From: Stegostoma tigrinum
Taxonomy: Eukaryota
Assembly: GCF_030684315.1 (NCBI RefSeq)
Contig: NC_081369.1
Coordinates: 10,826,035 to 10,890,034 of the forward strand
DNA: 64,000 nt
Direction: 5' to 3'
Shown here: positions 25,176-39,689 of the stretch, piece after piece
Layout of the letters: each line of letters opens with the position of its first letter
Numbering within the stretch: the stretch's first letter is position 1
Notes under the pieces: model-generated
What the model was told of the DNA's origin: nothing
Databases searched by the model: none
Seen by the model: the letters and a program-made list of their open reading frames with translations, nothing else
Made by a program: the position numbers and the translations under genes

Positions 25176-25331
25176 GCTACTCTTGAGGAAGCCGAATTTG
25201 CCTTGGCTGAGATTAAAAAAGCAGTCAATGAGTTTGAACGAGATATTGGGTCCTTCACTCAAGGCAAGAAGGGGAGCACAATTGTAACAGAGACTCTCTT
25301 TAAATATTTTGAGGACAAAATCCATGCCAAA
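25176..25331 (+). CDS. CCDC113: CCDC113 exon 4 (ATLEEAEFALAEIKKAVNEFERDI...KYFEDKIHAK)
   Basis: Pyrimidine tract plus TAG acceptor, AAA|GTGAGT donor, 52 codons. Confidence 0.92.
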
Positions 25332-26704
25332 GTGAGTCCTACATTAAGTTATTTTACTTAATCCTTAAGTAGCAACTGTGAATATTAGGTAAATCTGGAA
25401 TTAACAGCAAGTTACCAAATGAAACAGTGGAATGATTTTCTGAATAGATGCTGTCTTTGGGAAAACTGACTGCTGGCTAAACAGGTTAGCCAGGAAATTG
25501 CAAACTGACTTCCTCTTCTTACAGTCAGAGCTGTATAGCACAGAAACAGACTCTTCGGTCCAACTCGTCCATGCCGGCAAGTTAAGTTAATCTAGTCCCA
25601 TTTGCCAGCATTTGGGTAATATCCCTTTAAACCCTTCCTATTCACATACTATCATTCATTCAAACACAGCAGTAGCCTTCACCTCCTGATAAGTAAAAGG
25701 TGAAGTGGATAACAGAAAACAGCAGATCACAGACAGGTTGCTGAAATTGGCAGATGACATTTGGCACAGAGAAATATGAAATAATGCATCTCGAAAAGAA
25801 TTGCACAAGTCAGTATAAATTAAATTTTAAAACAGATACAGGAACAGAGAGACCTGAATTTCATCTAACACCAATTTTTAAAACTGGCAGGACTAGTCCA
25901 TTAATCAGTTTGAAAAAGCAAATGGTTTGCTTGGTTTTATACAAGTGGAAGAGAATACAGCAGTCAGTCATTCAAGTTAATCTGTTAACACTGATAAGAC
26001 CTTGACTAGAGTAGTGTGTCCAACCTGGGCATCATTTTCTTTTCATTCATTAATTCACAGTATGTGGATGGCACTAGCTAAAGACTGGAAATCATTGGCC
26101 ATCCTACTAAAGCTGAGTGGCTTGCTACTCTATTTATGCTAATTGGGCTGAATTTAGAATCACATATATTCCACACTGTTAAGGATGGAAGCTTTCCTTC
26201 CCTACAGAAAGTTAGTGGACCAAGTAGCTATTCAACCCAGTAAACACCATCGTCATCACTGATTGCCACTAACTTCTAATTCCAGACTTATTACATTAAC
26301 TGAACTTAAATTCTCCAGCTGATGTGTGCTGTAGCAGTGCAGTGATAATGCCCCTTCCTCTGAGCTAGGATGCCTAGGTTCAGTTCTGACCTGCACCAGA
26401 GCTGTGTAATAAAATCTCTGAACAGGTGGTTAGAAATATCTTCTCCAACTGCTGACTTGGGGTTTGAACTCATTTCACCATTAGTCCAGCCCTTTGGATT
26501 ACTAGTCCAGTGGCCATGGCCACTGGATAACCATACTCCCTCATGTCAAGGCCTGTAAAGGATGCAGAGGGCGTTTACTAGCATGTCACTGAGAAGTAGA
26601 CGTTTCAGCTATCTGGAGAAACTAGATAGGCTGGAATTGCTCTCCTTGGAACAGAGATTGTTAAGGAAATATTTAATAGAGTTTGTATGATTTTTTTGTA
26701 TACA

Positions 26705-29700
26705 CTGAACATTAGTATTCTTAGCAAGACCAACATTTATCACCCTGACAAATTGGTGAGTTGCCTTCTTGAACCACTGTACGTTCTCCTATAACGCCAT
26801 AGCTACATTCTTCCATGTCCTCACGCTTTAGAAAATTATGCTATAGAAAACCAGCATAGAAAATCGCCTTATCAGGAAATTGCTATACCTCTACAGCAGA
26901 AAGTTTGCATTATCCAAACAGCATCCACTATTCATCAATTGCGTTAAAGCCAATTCATGTTAATGAAACACATGTTACAGCAGAACTATCTGTAGTCCAT
27001 ATGGTAAAAAGTCTCCTGCAATGGTGTTCGTAGAGAATTCCTGATTCTGATCCAGCAACAGTGAAGAAACTGCAATATATTTTCCAGTCAGAAAGACTTG
27101 GAAAGATACTTGTGTTAAGTATCCTGCTGCAGCTAGGAAGTAAAGGCTGTGGCCTTTAGGAGGTGATTATGATGAAGAAGCCTTAGTGAGTTGATACAGT
27201 ACATCTTACAGATGGTACACACTGCTATCTCTGTGCACTGGTGATGTAGGGAGTCGGCGTTCAAGGCGTTATATGGGGTTCCATTCAAGAATTTTTTTTA
27301 TCGTGGATGCCATTGGGCTTCTTGGGTATTGCTGAAGCAATACTCAGCCTAGTAAGTGGAATTTCCTAACATGTTCCTGACTTTAGCTCAGTAGATGGTG
27401 GAAAAGCTTTGGGGGAACATGTAGTGATTTACTCATTACAGAATTTCCAGCCACTGACTTGCCCTCTTTCATGGTTGGAGATTCAGCAATGATAATGCTA
27501 TTAAATGTAAAGGGGAATTAATTAGACTTTTTCTAGTAGAGATGGCATTTTTGTGCTGAGGTTGTTACTTACCATCTATCAGCCCAAGCCTGAAAAGCTG
27601 TTCAGGTCTTGTTACACGCAAAGTCAGAGTGAAATACATGTGAAACTGACCATTTAATTCATTTGTGAATGTTTCCACTTCTGACAGAAAGAGGGCCATT
27701 GATGAAGCAGCTTAAAGATGGTTAAGGCTCAGAGAAATTAGGGCTGTTGTGCTGATGTGGTATTGTATCAACCTCTGGACTAGGAGGCCTGGATTCAAGT
27801 CTTATCTGCTCTCAAATTTACTTTCCCAGAGAAATTCCTGCAGTATGTCTTCGGATGACATGTTTGATCTTCAATAACAATAACTATTTCCCTTTGTGAC
27901 GCCAATTCCAATCATTGAGGAGTTCTCCCCTCTGTTCCAATTGATTCAATTTTGCTCGAACTTCTTGATGTCACATTTGGCCGCATACTACTTTAATATC
28001 AAGGGCACGCTCACTTCAATTCTAGAATTCAGTTTTTAAAACGAAAATCACTGATGGGATATGGGCATGGCTGTACAAGCCAGCATTTATTGTCTATCCC
28101 CAGTTGCCCTTGAGAAGGTGGTGGTGAGCTATCTTCTTGAACAGCTGCAGTCCGTGTGTAGCAGGCAGACCTATGATGCCATTTGGGAGGGAATTCCAGG
28201 ATTTTTGACCTAGTGAAACTGAAGAAACAATGATATACTTTCAAGTCAGGACGGATAGTGGCTAGAGAACTTGCATTTGGTGGTATTACCATGTATCTGC
28301 TGTCCCAGTCCTTCAAGATGGAAGTAGGCGTGGATTTAAAAGGTGCTGCCTAAGAAAACTTGTTGGATTTCTGCGAAGCATTTTGTAGATAGTAGCAGCA
28401 GGGTGCACTGTCAGTTGGTGGAGGGAGTGGATATCATGCCAGTTAAATGGGTTGCTTTGTCCTGGATGGTGTCAAGCTTCATTAGTGTTGAGGTTGCACT
28501 CATCCAGGCAAGTGGAGAGTATTCCATCACATCCCTGACTCATGCCTTGAAGATGGTGGACAGGCTTCGTGGAGTCAGGAGGTGAATTACCCACTAGAGA
28601 ATTATTAGTGTCTGACCTGCTTTTGTAGCCATTGTGTTTATATGGTTAGTCTGTTTCAGTTTCTGGCCAATGATAACCACCAGTACATTTATAATGAGGA
28701 ATTCAGTGATGGTAATGCCATTGAGTGTCAAGGGACAACAGTTAGATTCTCTCTTGTGAGATGGTCATTCCTTGGCATTTGTGTGGTGTGAATGTCACTT
28801 GCCACTTTTCAGTCCAAGTCAGGATACTGTCTGGATTTTCCTGCATTTGGACATGGACTGCCTCAGTATCTGAGGAGTTGCAAATGGTTCTAAACATTGT
28901 GCAATCATCAACAATGGGCCCACTGCTGACATTATAATGGAGTGAAGTAGCTCAAGGGCACAACCTGAGGATCTCCTGCAGAGATATCCTGGAGCTGAGA
29001 TGAAGAACTTATATTAGCTACAATCATTTTCCTTTATGCTCAGTATAATGTCGACCAGTGGAGAGTTTCCCCCCTGTTTACCATTGATTCCTGTTTGGAA
29101 AGGGCTCCTTGATGCCACACTTGGTCAAAGGTAGCTCAATTTCAGAGGCAGTTACTCTCACCTCATCTTTGGAATTCAGCTCTTTTGTCCATGAATGAAT
29201 CAAAGCTATAATGAGGTTAGGAGTTGAGTGGCCTTGGCGGAATCCAAATTAGGTGTCACTGAACAGGTTATTGCTAAGCAGGTGCTGCTTGATCGTGTCA
29301 CGAAGAGGGGGTAAGGTTGAACCCCTCTGATAATTAACCCGAAACACCAGCCTCAATCTGTTATGGTGGGAGTAGAGGTTCCCTTCTACTAACTAAACCC
29401 AAGGCCCCCAGAGAAGTTTCGCCCAGCTCCTCATAATCTGTTAAAAGAGTAGTTAAATGAAAGGAATCCCTGATACTCATTTTATAAGCAACAAGTTTCA
29501 ATTTATATATTTAACCCTAACAGTGAACAAATCAACAGAACTATTAACAAACTGAACAATTTCCCTCTATCTACTATTTCCTAAATAAACAAGATTCTAA
29601 TAGTATGCTGCTCCAATAAACACAGGTCCCATTTATTTAAATCCAAATAATAAGAAAACAATAGAATGTGACTTCTGGAATGTTTCGTCTTCTCCACTGT

Positions 29701-30900
29701 CTCTCCAATCATAAATGCCTTTCTTCCGCTGATCCTGCTGAAGTTTGTTGGAAATGCTTCCTCCTTGTCTTTTGCACTGACTTGATGGGTTCTCCCATTG
29801 TTGAAATTGAGGTTATTTGTGAAGCTTTCTCCTCCAAAGAGTTGTTTATTGATTGTCCATCATCATTCTAGGCAGGACTGCAGAGCTTAGATCTGATCTG
29901 TTGGTTATGGAATGCTGAGCTCAATCACTTGCTGCTTATGCCGTTTGGCATACAAGTAGTCTTGTGTTGAAGCTTTACCAGCTTACACCATATTTTAGGT
30001 ATGCGTGGTGCTGCTCATGTATGTTTCATTGAACCAGAACCCTGGTAGAGTGGGAGAGGTACTGGGCCATGAGGTTGTTTCTTGTGTTGGATTATGATTC
30101 TGCTGTTGCTGCTGGTGAAGGTCCGTGATGCCTCACAGATGCTCAGTCTTAGTCTAAACCATTTAGCATAGTGATAGTGGCACACAACATCCTCAATGTG
30201 AAGGCTGGACTTTGTCCCCACAGGGACGGTGTGGTTGTCACTGTTACTGATACTGTCTTGGACAGATGCATTGGTGAGGGTGAGGTCAAGAATGTTGTTA
30301 TCTCGTTGGTTCCTGCACCAGCTGCCACAGACCCAATCCTTTAGGACTTCATCAGCTTTGTCAGGAGTGCTGGTTCCCAAACCATTTCTGATAGTGGACA
30401 CTGAAGTCTGCCACCCAGACTATGTTCTGCAATCTTGCTACATTCTGTGCTTCTTCCAAGTGATGTTCAACATGGAGGAGTACTGATTCATGAGCTGCAG
30501 ATAAGCAGTACATTGTAATTGGTGGTTCCTTTGCCCATGTTTGAACATGCGATGAGACTTCATGGGGTCAATATAGTCAGTGTTGAGGACTCCTAGAGCA
30601 GCACCCTCCCCATGTACCACTGTGCCTGTCACCTCTGTAGGGTCTGTTTCACCAGAGGAACAGGGCAGACCCAGGAATGGTGATGACTAGGATATTGTCT
30701 ATAAAGTATGATCCCATGAGTATGATTACGTCAAGCTGTTACTTGACTTGTCTGTGAGACAGCTGTCCCAATCTTGACACTAGCCCCTAGGTGTCAGTAA
30801 GGAGAACTTTACAGGGTGAACTGGGCTGTCGTTGGCATCATTTTTTCCAATGTCTTAGTCAATGCCAGGTGGTCCATCTGGTTTCATTCCTTTTTGAAAT
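26705..30900 (-). mobile_element. Two or more degenerate CR1-clade LINE copies, interrupted by an LTR-like insert (~29296-29780)
   Basis: Repeated 3' tails (CCAGCATTTATTG..CCTTGAGAAGGTGGTGG); RT and endonuclease remnants (NILDLTLTN, SDNHTV). Confidence 0.75.
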
Positions 30901-31379
30901 GAGACTTTCTGGTGATAGAAACTGACTTCTGGTAGAACTGACTTGGTAGACCATTTCAAAGGTACAAAAATTGATCGTGGTTGATTAGCATAGAAATTCT
31001 CAAATACACAGCTTCGAAAAGGGAAAAGCAGGTTAACGTTTTGAGACAAAGATCTACTTTGAAAGCATTAACTTGCAATTTGTTATTTACTAGAATTAAT
31101 TAAACTGCTTTGTCTTCTAAACCTTTTCTGTTTTTGTTTCAATTTTCCAATATTTATCATTTTATCTGTAGGATTGAGAGGTAAAGATTTATACCTTCAC
31201 CAATCTCATTAGCCATTGGAGCTCCTGCATCAGCTCTGAACATGTGTTCACAAATGAAGATACCAAGTCATCTAATAGTTAATATTCTCAGTAAATGTTT
31301 TGTGTAATGACCAGTGCTAGCTGAGGACTATTTTATACATTGACCTCTTAAGAGTCTGATTATATTCCTTTCTCCTCAG

Positions 31380-31460
31380 GAAATGCTGATTGATAAGCTG
31401 CAACTGAAGAATCATGCTTGGAAGATGCTCAAGGCGAAACTGCACCAACAGCTCCGATTG
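31380..31460 (+). CDS. CCDC113: CCDC113 exon 5 (EMLIDKLQLKNHAWKMLKAKLHQQLRL)
   Basis: TTTCTCCTCAG acceptor, weak TTG|GTTTGT donor, 27 codons, KL.LKN motif. Confidence 0.88.
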
Positions 31461-34342
31461 GTTTGTAAACCGATAGTGGCAGGCAGGAGCACAGCTATCA
31501 CTACATTAACTCTGAACAACTCTCCCCTGTGAATCAATTTTCTCATCATCCTTTCTTACAAATGCAATAGTGAGGCAGAGAATTGCCTCTTCAGTTTACA
31601 ACAAAAATCATTGAAATTCTTTATCACAAAGAGAGCACTTTGGGAGGTTTGGTGGTTTTGAAAGGCACCAGATAAATGCATGTTTTTTTTCAGTGAAGAA
31701 AAATTGTCTATTTGACACCTCACCATATCTTTCAAAATACTACACATACACTTGAGTTACTTGAAAACAAAGTAACTCTTGTTATGTAAGCAAATATGGT
31801 GCAATTTTGTGCACAGCAATATTCCATGCGCATCGATAACCATTTGAACATGGAAAATGTAAGGAAATAGTTGGTAGAAAGTAGATGCAGTATAACATCA
31901 ACTTTTATGTGACATCTTTAATTTAGTAAAGCATCCTGAAACACTTCACGGGATCATTACCAGGTAAAATTTAGCACAGACGCACAGCTAGAGCTGTTAG
32001 AACAAATGAGAACCAAACAGCTGGTCAAAAAAGTTGGTTTTATAGATCATTGCAAAGGAGGAGAGGGAGGCTGAGAGGCAGATAGTTTCAGGAAGGGAGT
32101 TCCAAGGCTTGGATAGCTGAGGTTTCAGTCACCAATGGTGAGATGGTGAAGTTGGGAATGCTCAAGAGGCCAGAATCGGAAAAACACAGAAATCTGAGAG
32201 GTGTAGGCTGAGGGAATTGACAAATAAAATGAGGGGTAAGAGCATGGAAAAATATGAGCACTAAGATTTGTATTTCAGATTCTGTCCTCAGATTAAGAGC
32301 CAATATGTCAACACCACAGCAGAGAAACTTAAATATGCAAGACTAGAGCTAACAAAAGCATTGTAGCAAGAGGTGGGCTGAGGCAGAGGTGAAGACTGGG
32401 AATAATATAACAGCTAAAACAGCTGTTACAGTGTAGATATGAGGTTGGAATTTCAGATCAGGGTAAAATTGTATGGAAATAGTGCAAACATTCTGGTTTA
32501 GTATCACACAGTAGCCAGGGAGAGTTGATGAATACGGAATGTCATTTGTGATGGACTCCAAACACAATGGCTTCAGGCTTCCCAATATTTGCATAGTTCA
32601 ATGATCGATTTTCCTCTGCTTTTGATTGTGTTGGTTGAGAGAAAAATGTTGGTCAGGATTCTCCATTCTTTGAACACTGTTATGAATTCTTTAGTCTTTA
32701 CTTGAACAACCAGACCAGTCAGACAGTCTTGATTTAATGCTGTTAAGTATAGACTTCTACTTGAAGTCAGTGCCTTTTGAAAACAGCCAGTGAGTTGTTG
32801 TTGGCACCTGACAGGTGTTTTGCCACATCTCATAATCCTTGGGAGAATAGTTGGGTCCTATGGTGAGCTGGTCAGCAGGTTCAATCAGGGATTTTGTGCA
32901 TGCTTGCATGCTTGTGTGAATTTACTAACTGTGCCTCCGAAATTCTCATCCAAAACCTTTATATAAATGGCAAAAAATAGTGGAGTACAGTATGCAGCAT
33001 GAAAAGTGACATTAAAGTACAGAGGAAGAAAATGATAGAAACTCAAAAGCCTTGTTGATAAATTTCAGAGATGTGAAGCAAACAAACATCAAAGGAAGTT
33101 ATGCCATGCCATTGGGTTGTTATATACAGGTTTTGAACTACTATTTTTCACTATTAGATTCCATCTTGAGTAGAGAACAAGAACTTATTCGTCACTTTAA
33201 TGTAGCTTGCCTTTGAATTAAGAGGGTTGCGTTCTACTTGTGTCTCAGATCTTGATTACATATTCAATGTAATATACCTTGGTGTTGAACTGAGGCAGTG
33301 ATGCATCATCAGACATGCAATTCTTTGGATGAAACAGTGAATTCTTTTCTGTTCAAGTGGTTATTAATAGTTGAGTAAGGGCAGAGAACTCTTGAGAATT
33401 TACAGTGTAGAAACCAATCCAATTGTCCAAAATGTAATGAGCCACCCATTAGACTCGTATATACCCCGTTCTGTAAGATTTTCAGACTATGTTCTTATTT
33501 GTGAAAAGTCCAACCACTACAGCATATTCCACAGGATCTAGGATGTGTGCAAACAGGGGATGCAACTGTGAACTACTTAACTAATTAGATTTAAGAATTA
33601 TTATTTAGCAGCAGTGAGTCTGAATCAGGAAATTTAAGTTAGAATAGTGAATTCAATGTCAACAAGAACAGAAAACAAAATAAAGAGCCGAAAAAGGAAG
33701 CAGGAAAGTAATAGACAGAAAGAAAAAAAAGATTTTAAATCTCTTGCAGTAATTAAAACTTGAAGAAATTATTCCAAATTTACAAAAAAACTTATAATAT
33801 CAGAGAAGATATATTGCAGTAGCTAAGATTAAACATGCCATTAAAAATTACTCAGATAGAAATGGACAATCCCCTCAGTGTGTTTACTCCATATCTGCAA
33901 CATCAGACCAGGATCTTCCTGCTATTCAATGCATTTAAATGGGTAGCCTGATGGTGATATGCCATTTTCTCTCTGCTTGTGGGTGTTGTATCTCACACAG
34001 TAATTTCCAGATTTTCACAAGTAGCTGCTTGCTAGAAGATCTTGTTTCATTTGTGCATTAATAACTATCGTTGCCATTAGTTTCTCCAATACTCTCATAG
34101 TGCTGTTCAGCCAAATATGTGCTACACAACGTAAATTTCTACTTTTTTAACCATTGTTTCTCCACCTGCTGCTAGCTTTAAAGACTGGCCGTAGAGTAGC
34201 ATTGTCAGAGCTTGGAATGAAGATTTTCCATCCCTTGTGTCTATCGTGGTATGATATGTGGTGTGGAAGAAGGGGTAAAAACTATAGTACTAACCAGAAA
34301 AAAACCCCATAATATTCTTTGAGCATTTGTCTCTTTCTGTAG

Positions 34343-34498
34343 AAAGAGGAAGCTGGGGAAGTGCTCCGGGAGGTTGACTTTCATCAGCTTAAGATTGAAA
34401 ACAGCCAGTATTTGAAGCAAATTGAACAATACAATCAGGACCTCTTGCAGCTCAAAGTCATGACCGGGAAAACACAGCTGGTTCTCAATTCTTATAAA
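34343..34498 (+). CDS. CCDC113: CCDC113 exon 6 (KEEAGEVLREVDFHQLKIEN...QLVLNSYK)
   Basis: CTTTCTGTAG acceptor, AAA|GTAAGT donor, conserved CCDC113/CCDC96-type motif. Confidence 0.94.
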
Positions 34499-34734
34499 GT
34501 AAGTTTTAATTACCATAGTTCAGTATATGCTCAGATGTTGTTTTACTGAAATAACTTGATGTCAGTTCACTAGGTTGAACTGGAAAGACAAAGGACTGGA
34601 TAGAGCAGTGAATTCAACTTTCAGATTTGAGATATGACTTTGTTGGTTAAAGCTACTTCTTTCCTGCTTCGAGTCCAAAGTGAAAAAGTGTGCTGAACCC
34701 AATTTCTATCCAGTTCCTACCGTTTGACTGTGGG

Positions 34735-36470
34735 GCCACAAGATATTGGAAGAGAAATAGGCCATTTGGCCCATCGAGCTTGCTTTGTTATTCAATCATG
34801 GCTTATATGTTTCTCAACCCCATTCTCTTCTCCCTGTAACCTTTGTTCCCCCTTCTAGTGAAGAACCTATTATTTCTTAACATACTCAATGACTGGCTTC
34901 TATACCCTTCTCTGGTAATGAGTTCCACAGATTTGCCAAACTCTGGCTGAAGAAATACCCCTTATCTCAGTTCTAAAGGGTTGTCCCTTCACTCTGAGGC
35001 CATGCCCTCAGATCCTAGTCTTTCCTAGTAGTGAAAACATCTTCTCCACGTTCATTCTATCCAGGCCTGTCAGTATTCTAAGTTCCAATGTGACACCCCT
35101 CATCCTTCTAAACCCCTTCCCTCATCCTTCTAAACCCCTTCCCTCTAAACTCAAACAGACCCGGAGTCCTTAACCGTTCCTCAAATGACAAGTCCTTCAT
35201 TTCATGGGATTATTCTTGTGAACTCCTCAGGATCCTCTCTAGCACCAGCACATTCTTCCTTAGAAAGGGGACCCAAAACTGCTCTCGGTATTCCAAATGC
35301 AGTCTGATCACAGCATTATACAACCTCAGCAGTATATTCTCTGCTCTTGTACTCGAGCTCCCTCAGACCAAACACTAACGTTGCACTTGCTTCCCTAACT
35401 GCAACTGAACCTACATGTTAACGTTAAGAAAATCCTGAACTATGTCTCTTTGTGCTTTAGATTTCTGAAACCATTCCACATTTAGAAGAATGTCTGTGAC
35501 TATTCTTCCTACCAGAGTGCCCAATCTCACACTTCGTCACATTATATTAAACTGCCACTTCTTTGCCCACTCTCCTAGTCTGTCTGTCTTTCTGCAGCCT
35601 CTGTGCCTCAACAATACCCACTCCTCCACCTACCTTTATGTCGTCTGCAAACTTAGCAACAATTCCCTCAGTTCTTTCATCCAGACCGTTAATGTACAAC
35701 GTGAATAGTTGTGGTCCCAACATTGATCCCTGCAGAACTCTACTAGTCACCAGCTGCACACTGAAAAAAAACCCTTTAAGTCCGTGCTCTGCATTCTGTC
35801 AGTCATCCAATTCTCTATCCATGTCAGTGCCTTGCCAACAACACCACAGGCTTGTATGTTATTTAGCAGTCTCCTGTGCAGTACCTTGTCAAAGGTCTTC
35901 TGGAAATCTAAATCACTTCCACTGGCTCTCCTTTTTCTAACCTTCTTGTTATCTCCTCAAAGAATTTGAACAGCTATGTCAGGCATGACCTCCCCTTGAC
36001 AAAGCTGTGCTGATTCAGTACTATTTTACCATGCCTTTCAAGTAATCCATAATCTGATCTTGAATAATGACATCTGAAGTCTTGCCAATGAAGAAGGACA
36101 GGCTAACTGTCTTACAGTTTTCATCTTCTGCCTTTCTCCCTCTTAAGCAAAAGTGCTACATTAACCATTTCTCTGTCCTTTGGGACCCTCCCTGACTTTG
36201 ATTGCTGAAAGATCACCACCAATGCCTCCACAATCTCCTCAGTTATCTCCTTCAGAACCCTAGGGTATAGTCCATCTGGTCTGGGTGATTTATCAACTTC
36301 AGACCTTTCAGTGTCCCCAGCACCTTTTCATTAGTGATGGCCTAGTCACTAACCTCTGCCCCATGACTCTCAAGTTCTATTTGTGTCTTCAAAGTACCTA
36401 TTCAGTTCCTTCACCAGTTCTTTGTTCCCATTACTACTTCTCCAGCCTAATTTTCCACCAGTCCAATGTC
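34735..36470 (-). mobile_element. CR1 LINE, 5'-truncated
   Basis: QGSMLGPQLFTLYINGLD...KFADD on the minus strand; 3' tail at ~34735. Confidence 0.9.
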
Positions 36471-37097
36471 CATTATGACAGGCCCACAGTGCTAAATTAT
36501 GCAGAAAAGTGTCAGCTTCACTCTACAACGGCCAAAATGGTACAGAAGGTGGCAACTTTCTGAGATGTTAGGCCTTGTTCATTTTTGAACAAGTGAGGAG
36601 TGAGATCCCCCTTGATTTTCAAATGCTTGATCCTGATATATGAGGATTCAAATTATGGAAGGTTTAGAATGTAATGGGAATGGATGGTTGAGTGAGGTGA
36701 ATATACTGATTGTAATTATAGCAAATGGGATAGTTACTAGGTGGTCCCTATCTCTGGGCCAGGAGGCCTGGTTTTTAGTCCCACCTGCTCCAGGGGTGTG
36801 TAATAGCAACACCAGATAGGTTGATTAGAAAATATCTAGCTACCAGGTACTTTGGTAGCTTGAGAAGTATTGGAAGACCATGGGACATGATGAGTGATGT
36901 TCAAGACTGGTAAGATTGAGTGGAGAGATATTATGGCTGGAAGCAGGGATTCAGATATGAATGTGTTATGGTTGAGTGTAACAATAAACGTTGAATGTGT
37001 TTATTGGGGAATTGAAACGCATTCAGTCCAATTAAAACAAATTGTATTGCTAAAATCTATTCTGCTCTCAAATCCCTTGGTCACTTTCCTCTTCCAG

Positions 37098-37205
37098 AGG
37101 CAGTTGAATAGAATGTCATCAGAGACTAAGCAACTCATCAGTGAAATAAAATCCAGACAGGAGCTGCTTAAGAAGATTGAATTTGAGACTACAGAAGTGG
37201 AAGAA
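37098..37205 (+). CDS. CCDC113: CCDC113 exon 7 (RQLNRMSSETKQLISEIKSRQELLKKIEFETTEVEE)
   Basis: CTTCCAG acceptor, GAA|GTAAGT donor, 36 codons. Confidence 0.92.
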
Positions 37206-38384
37206 GTAAGTGGTAAAGAATCTTTTCTCTACAAATTACTGACCATGATTTTTAATTTTAAAAATTGCTGTGAAATAATTAGAGAGAAACCTTGAATGGC
37301 TGTCGCAAGATTCATGGATTTATGATGGTCATGGAGTTCAACAATTAATTATTTCCACAGAATTAAAGGTGAACTTGCCAACAAACATAAAACAGTCTAT
37401 ATAAATGCAATAACTGAAAATGCAATCAATAATTTGCCTCTTCTCCCTTATCCACCTCATCCCCAAAGAATGGCACAACTCGCTAGGGTGCAGTGTTTTG
37501 GGTTTCTGACTGCTTCATTAAAGGTGTATGGGGTAATTGCAGTGTAGACGAAAAATTCCATGCCTGGAGGGAATGAGGAAGCTTTCTTGATATTGTTGAG
37601 CTCCTTGATTCCCATAGTAGTTTGGCATTCATATCGTCAGGCCCGGGGGATTAATGTACTTGTTTCCCCGCTGAAACATCTATTTCTCATCCTTACTAAT
37701 CTTAATCTTAACCTCATCATCCCAACTGATCCCAGACAGTAATGTCTTTCTCCTCTGAACTGTAATGCCTGAAGTCAGCTAACAGTATAAATTAGGAATT
37801 AATCTACCACATTCACCAAGACAGCAGACAATGCCTCAGCTTAACATTGTGAGAAGTGCATTCTTCTAGATACAATATGTTATTCACTCAATACTCTATT
37901 GAAATGTCAACCAAGATTATGTGCTTGCGTCTAGAATGGGGTTCGACCCAAATCTTTCTGCATGCTATCCAAACAGTTTTTATTGAGTGACCAGGAAGAG
38001 TAACATAGCTTACAATCCAACATAAATTGTAGAACTCCATAGTTTAGTTGATCTTACACATTCTCTTTACCATCAGTTTTCTTCAATACCCCGCACTCCT
38101 CTTTTTCGTCTTGCAGCCATTTGGTCTTTGGTAGTGTACGCCTCCTTGGGTGATAGGTGTCTTGATACCTTGTGTAAATGGCCATACTTTTAGATTTAAG
38201 GCTAGACAGAAAAGTGAAAGCTGACTATTCCACCTCTGGGGAATCGTTACCTGACTTAATTGAGTCCTCATGCATTATCTGCCCCTGGGCATTAGTAGCA
38301 TCATATGCTGGATAGCAGTCAGACATGTACAGATGACCTCTTTTGAAATAGCCAGAAATATCGCCATAATCCATGTCACTCAAA

Positions 38385-38510
38385 CTGAAGGGTCCCGACC
38401 CGAAACGTCAAGCTTTCCTGCTCCTCTGATGATGCTTGGCCTGCTGTGTTCATCCAGCCTCACACCGTGTTATCTCTGACTCTCCAGCATCGGCAGTTCC
38501 TACTATCTCT
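38385..38510 (+). mobile_element. Penelope pseudo-LTR fragment with hammerhead remnant
   Basis: CTGAAGGGTCCCGACCCGAAACGTC followed by the family tail. Confidence 0.75.
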
Positions 38511-38749
38511 GTAACAACCTTTAAAATACTGTCCCAGTTTTTAAAGAATCAGAGTAAAAGCTCATGACCTATATTTCTCCTAATAAGCCACTGCCCACCA
38601 GGTCAACCTTGCATGTTCAGAACTCAAACTGATCACTCTCCCACTCCTGTTACATGCATGCTTTTTTCTCTAGGACTTTCTCATGGAGATCATTTCACTG
38701 CCAAAACTGTTTTGTCCAAGGACATTACTCCTATCTGAAATATGAAAGC

Positions 38750-39320
38750 AAAATAGGGATTTAGGAACAAGACTAGGCCATTCTGCCTCTTGAGCCTGTT
38801 CGTTCATTCAGTAGGATCATGGCTGATCTGTGGCCTAACTCCATATACTTTGCTGTGGCTCATATCCCTTAAAGCTTTACTTAACAAAAAATTATCAATC
38901 TCAAATATAAAATTAATAACTGATGCAGGATCCATTGTCATTTATGGAAGAGAGTTCCAAACATCCGCAAGCATTTGTGTGTAGAAGTGCTTCCTAACAT
39001 CGGCCCTGAATAGTCTGACCTGAATTGTCAGATTTATGTCCCCTGGTTCTAGAATCACTAACCAGTGGAAGCAGTTTATCTGTATCTACACTGTCTTTTC
39101 CTGTATATTTTGAAGATTTCAATCAGATTACACTTCTAAAGAGAGAACAGGCCTGGTTTGTATAATCTCTCTTCATAACTTAACCCCTGAAGTCCAGGTA
39201 TCATTCTTGTAAGCCTGTATTCTACTCCCTCCAAGGCCAATATATTCTTACTAAGGTGTGGTGCCAAGATATATTCATAGTACTCCAAGTGGCGTCTAAC
39301 CAGGGATTTTTTTAATAACT
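38750..39320 (-). mobile_element. CR1 3' fragment
   Basis: LVRRHLEY...LEGVEYRLTRMIPGLQGLSYEERL. Confidence 0.85.
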
Positions 39321-39384
39321 GCAATACTCGAAAGTTCAGGTGCGTTTTCATTATTTAAATTGATTCTATGTTTTTCATCTACAG

Positions 39385-39540
39385 GATAAAGCCAGAGGAG
39401 AGGAGCTAAACAGGAAGTTTCGTGAAGACATTTCTAATTACAGAGTTCCAGATGTCCTTGAATATGTGCGTGAGACATGGAACCGCTTTGACCTAGAGAA
39501 GAAAGTGAAAACCTGGGAACGTAAGGTGGATATTGCAGAG
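39385..39540 (+). CDS. CCDC113: CCDC113 exon 8 (DKARGEELNRKFREDISNYRVPDVLEYV...WERKVDIAE)
   Basis: CTACAG acceptor, GAG|GTGGGT donor, 52 codons. Confidence 0.94.
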
Positions 39541-39689
39541 GTGGGTGTCACTGTGTCTGGGTTTGCAAATTACTGAGAGGCAATGCTGTTGTCAAAAGCT
39601 ATGCATTTGTATGCAAAGGGTGATTGGTGTTGGGACGTCAGCGTCTGAAGAGTTATTTCTGCAAGTAACAGGAACAAGTCACCAGAACC

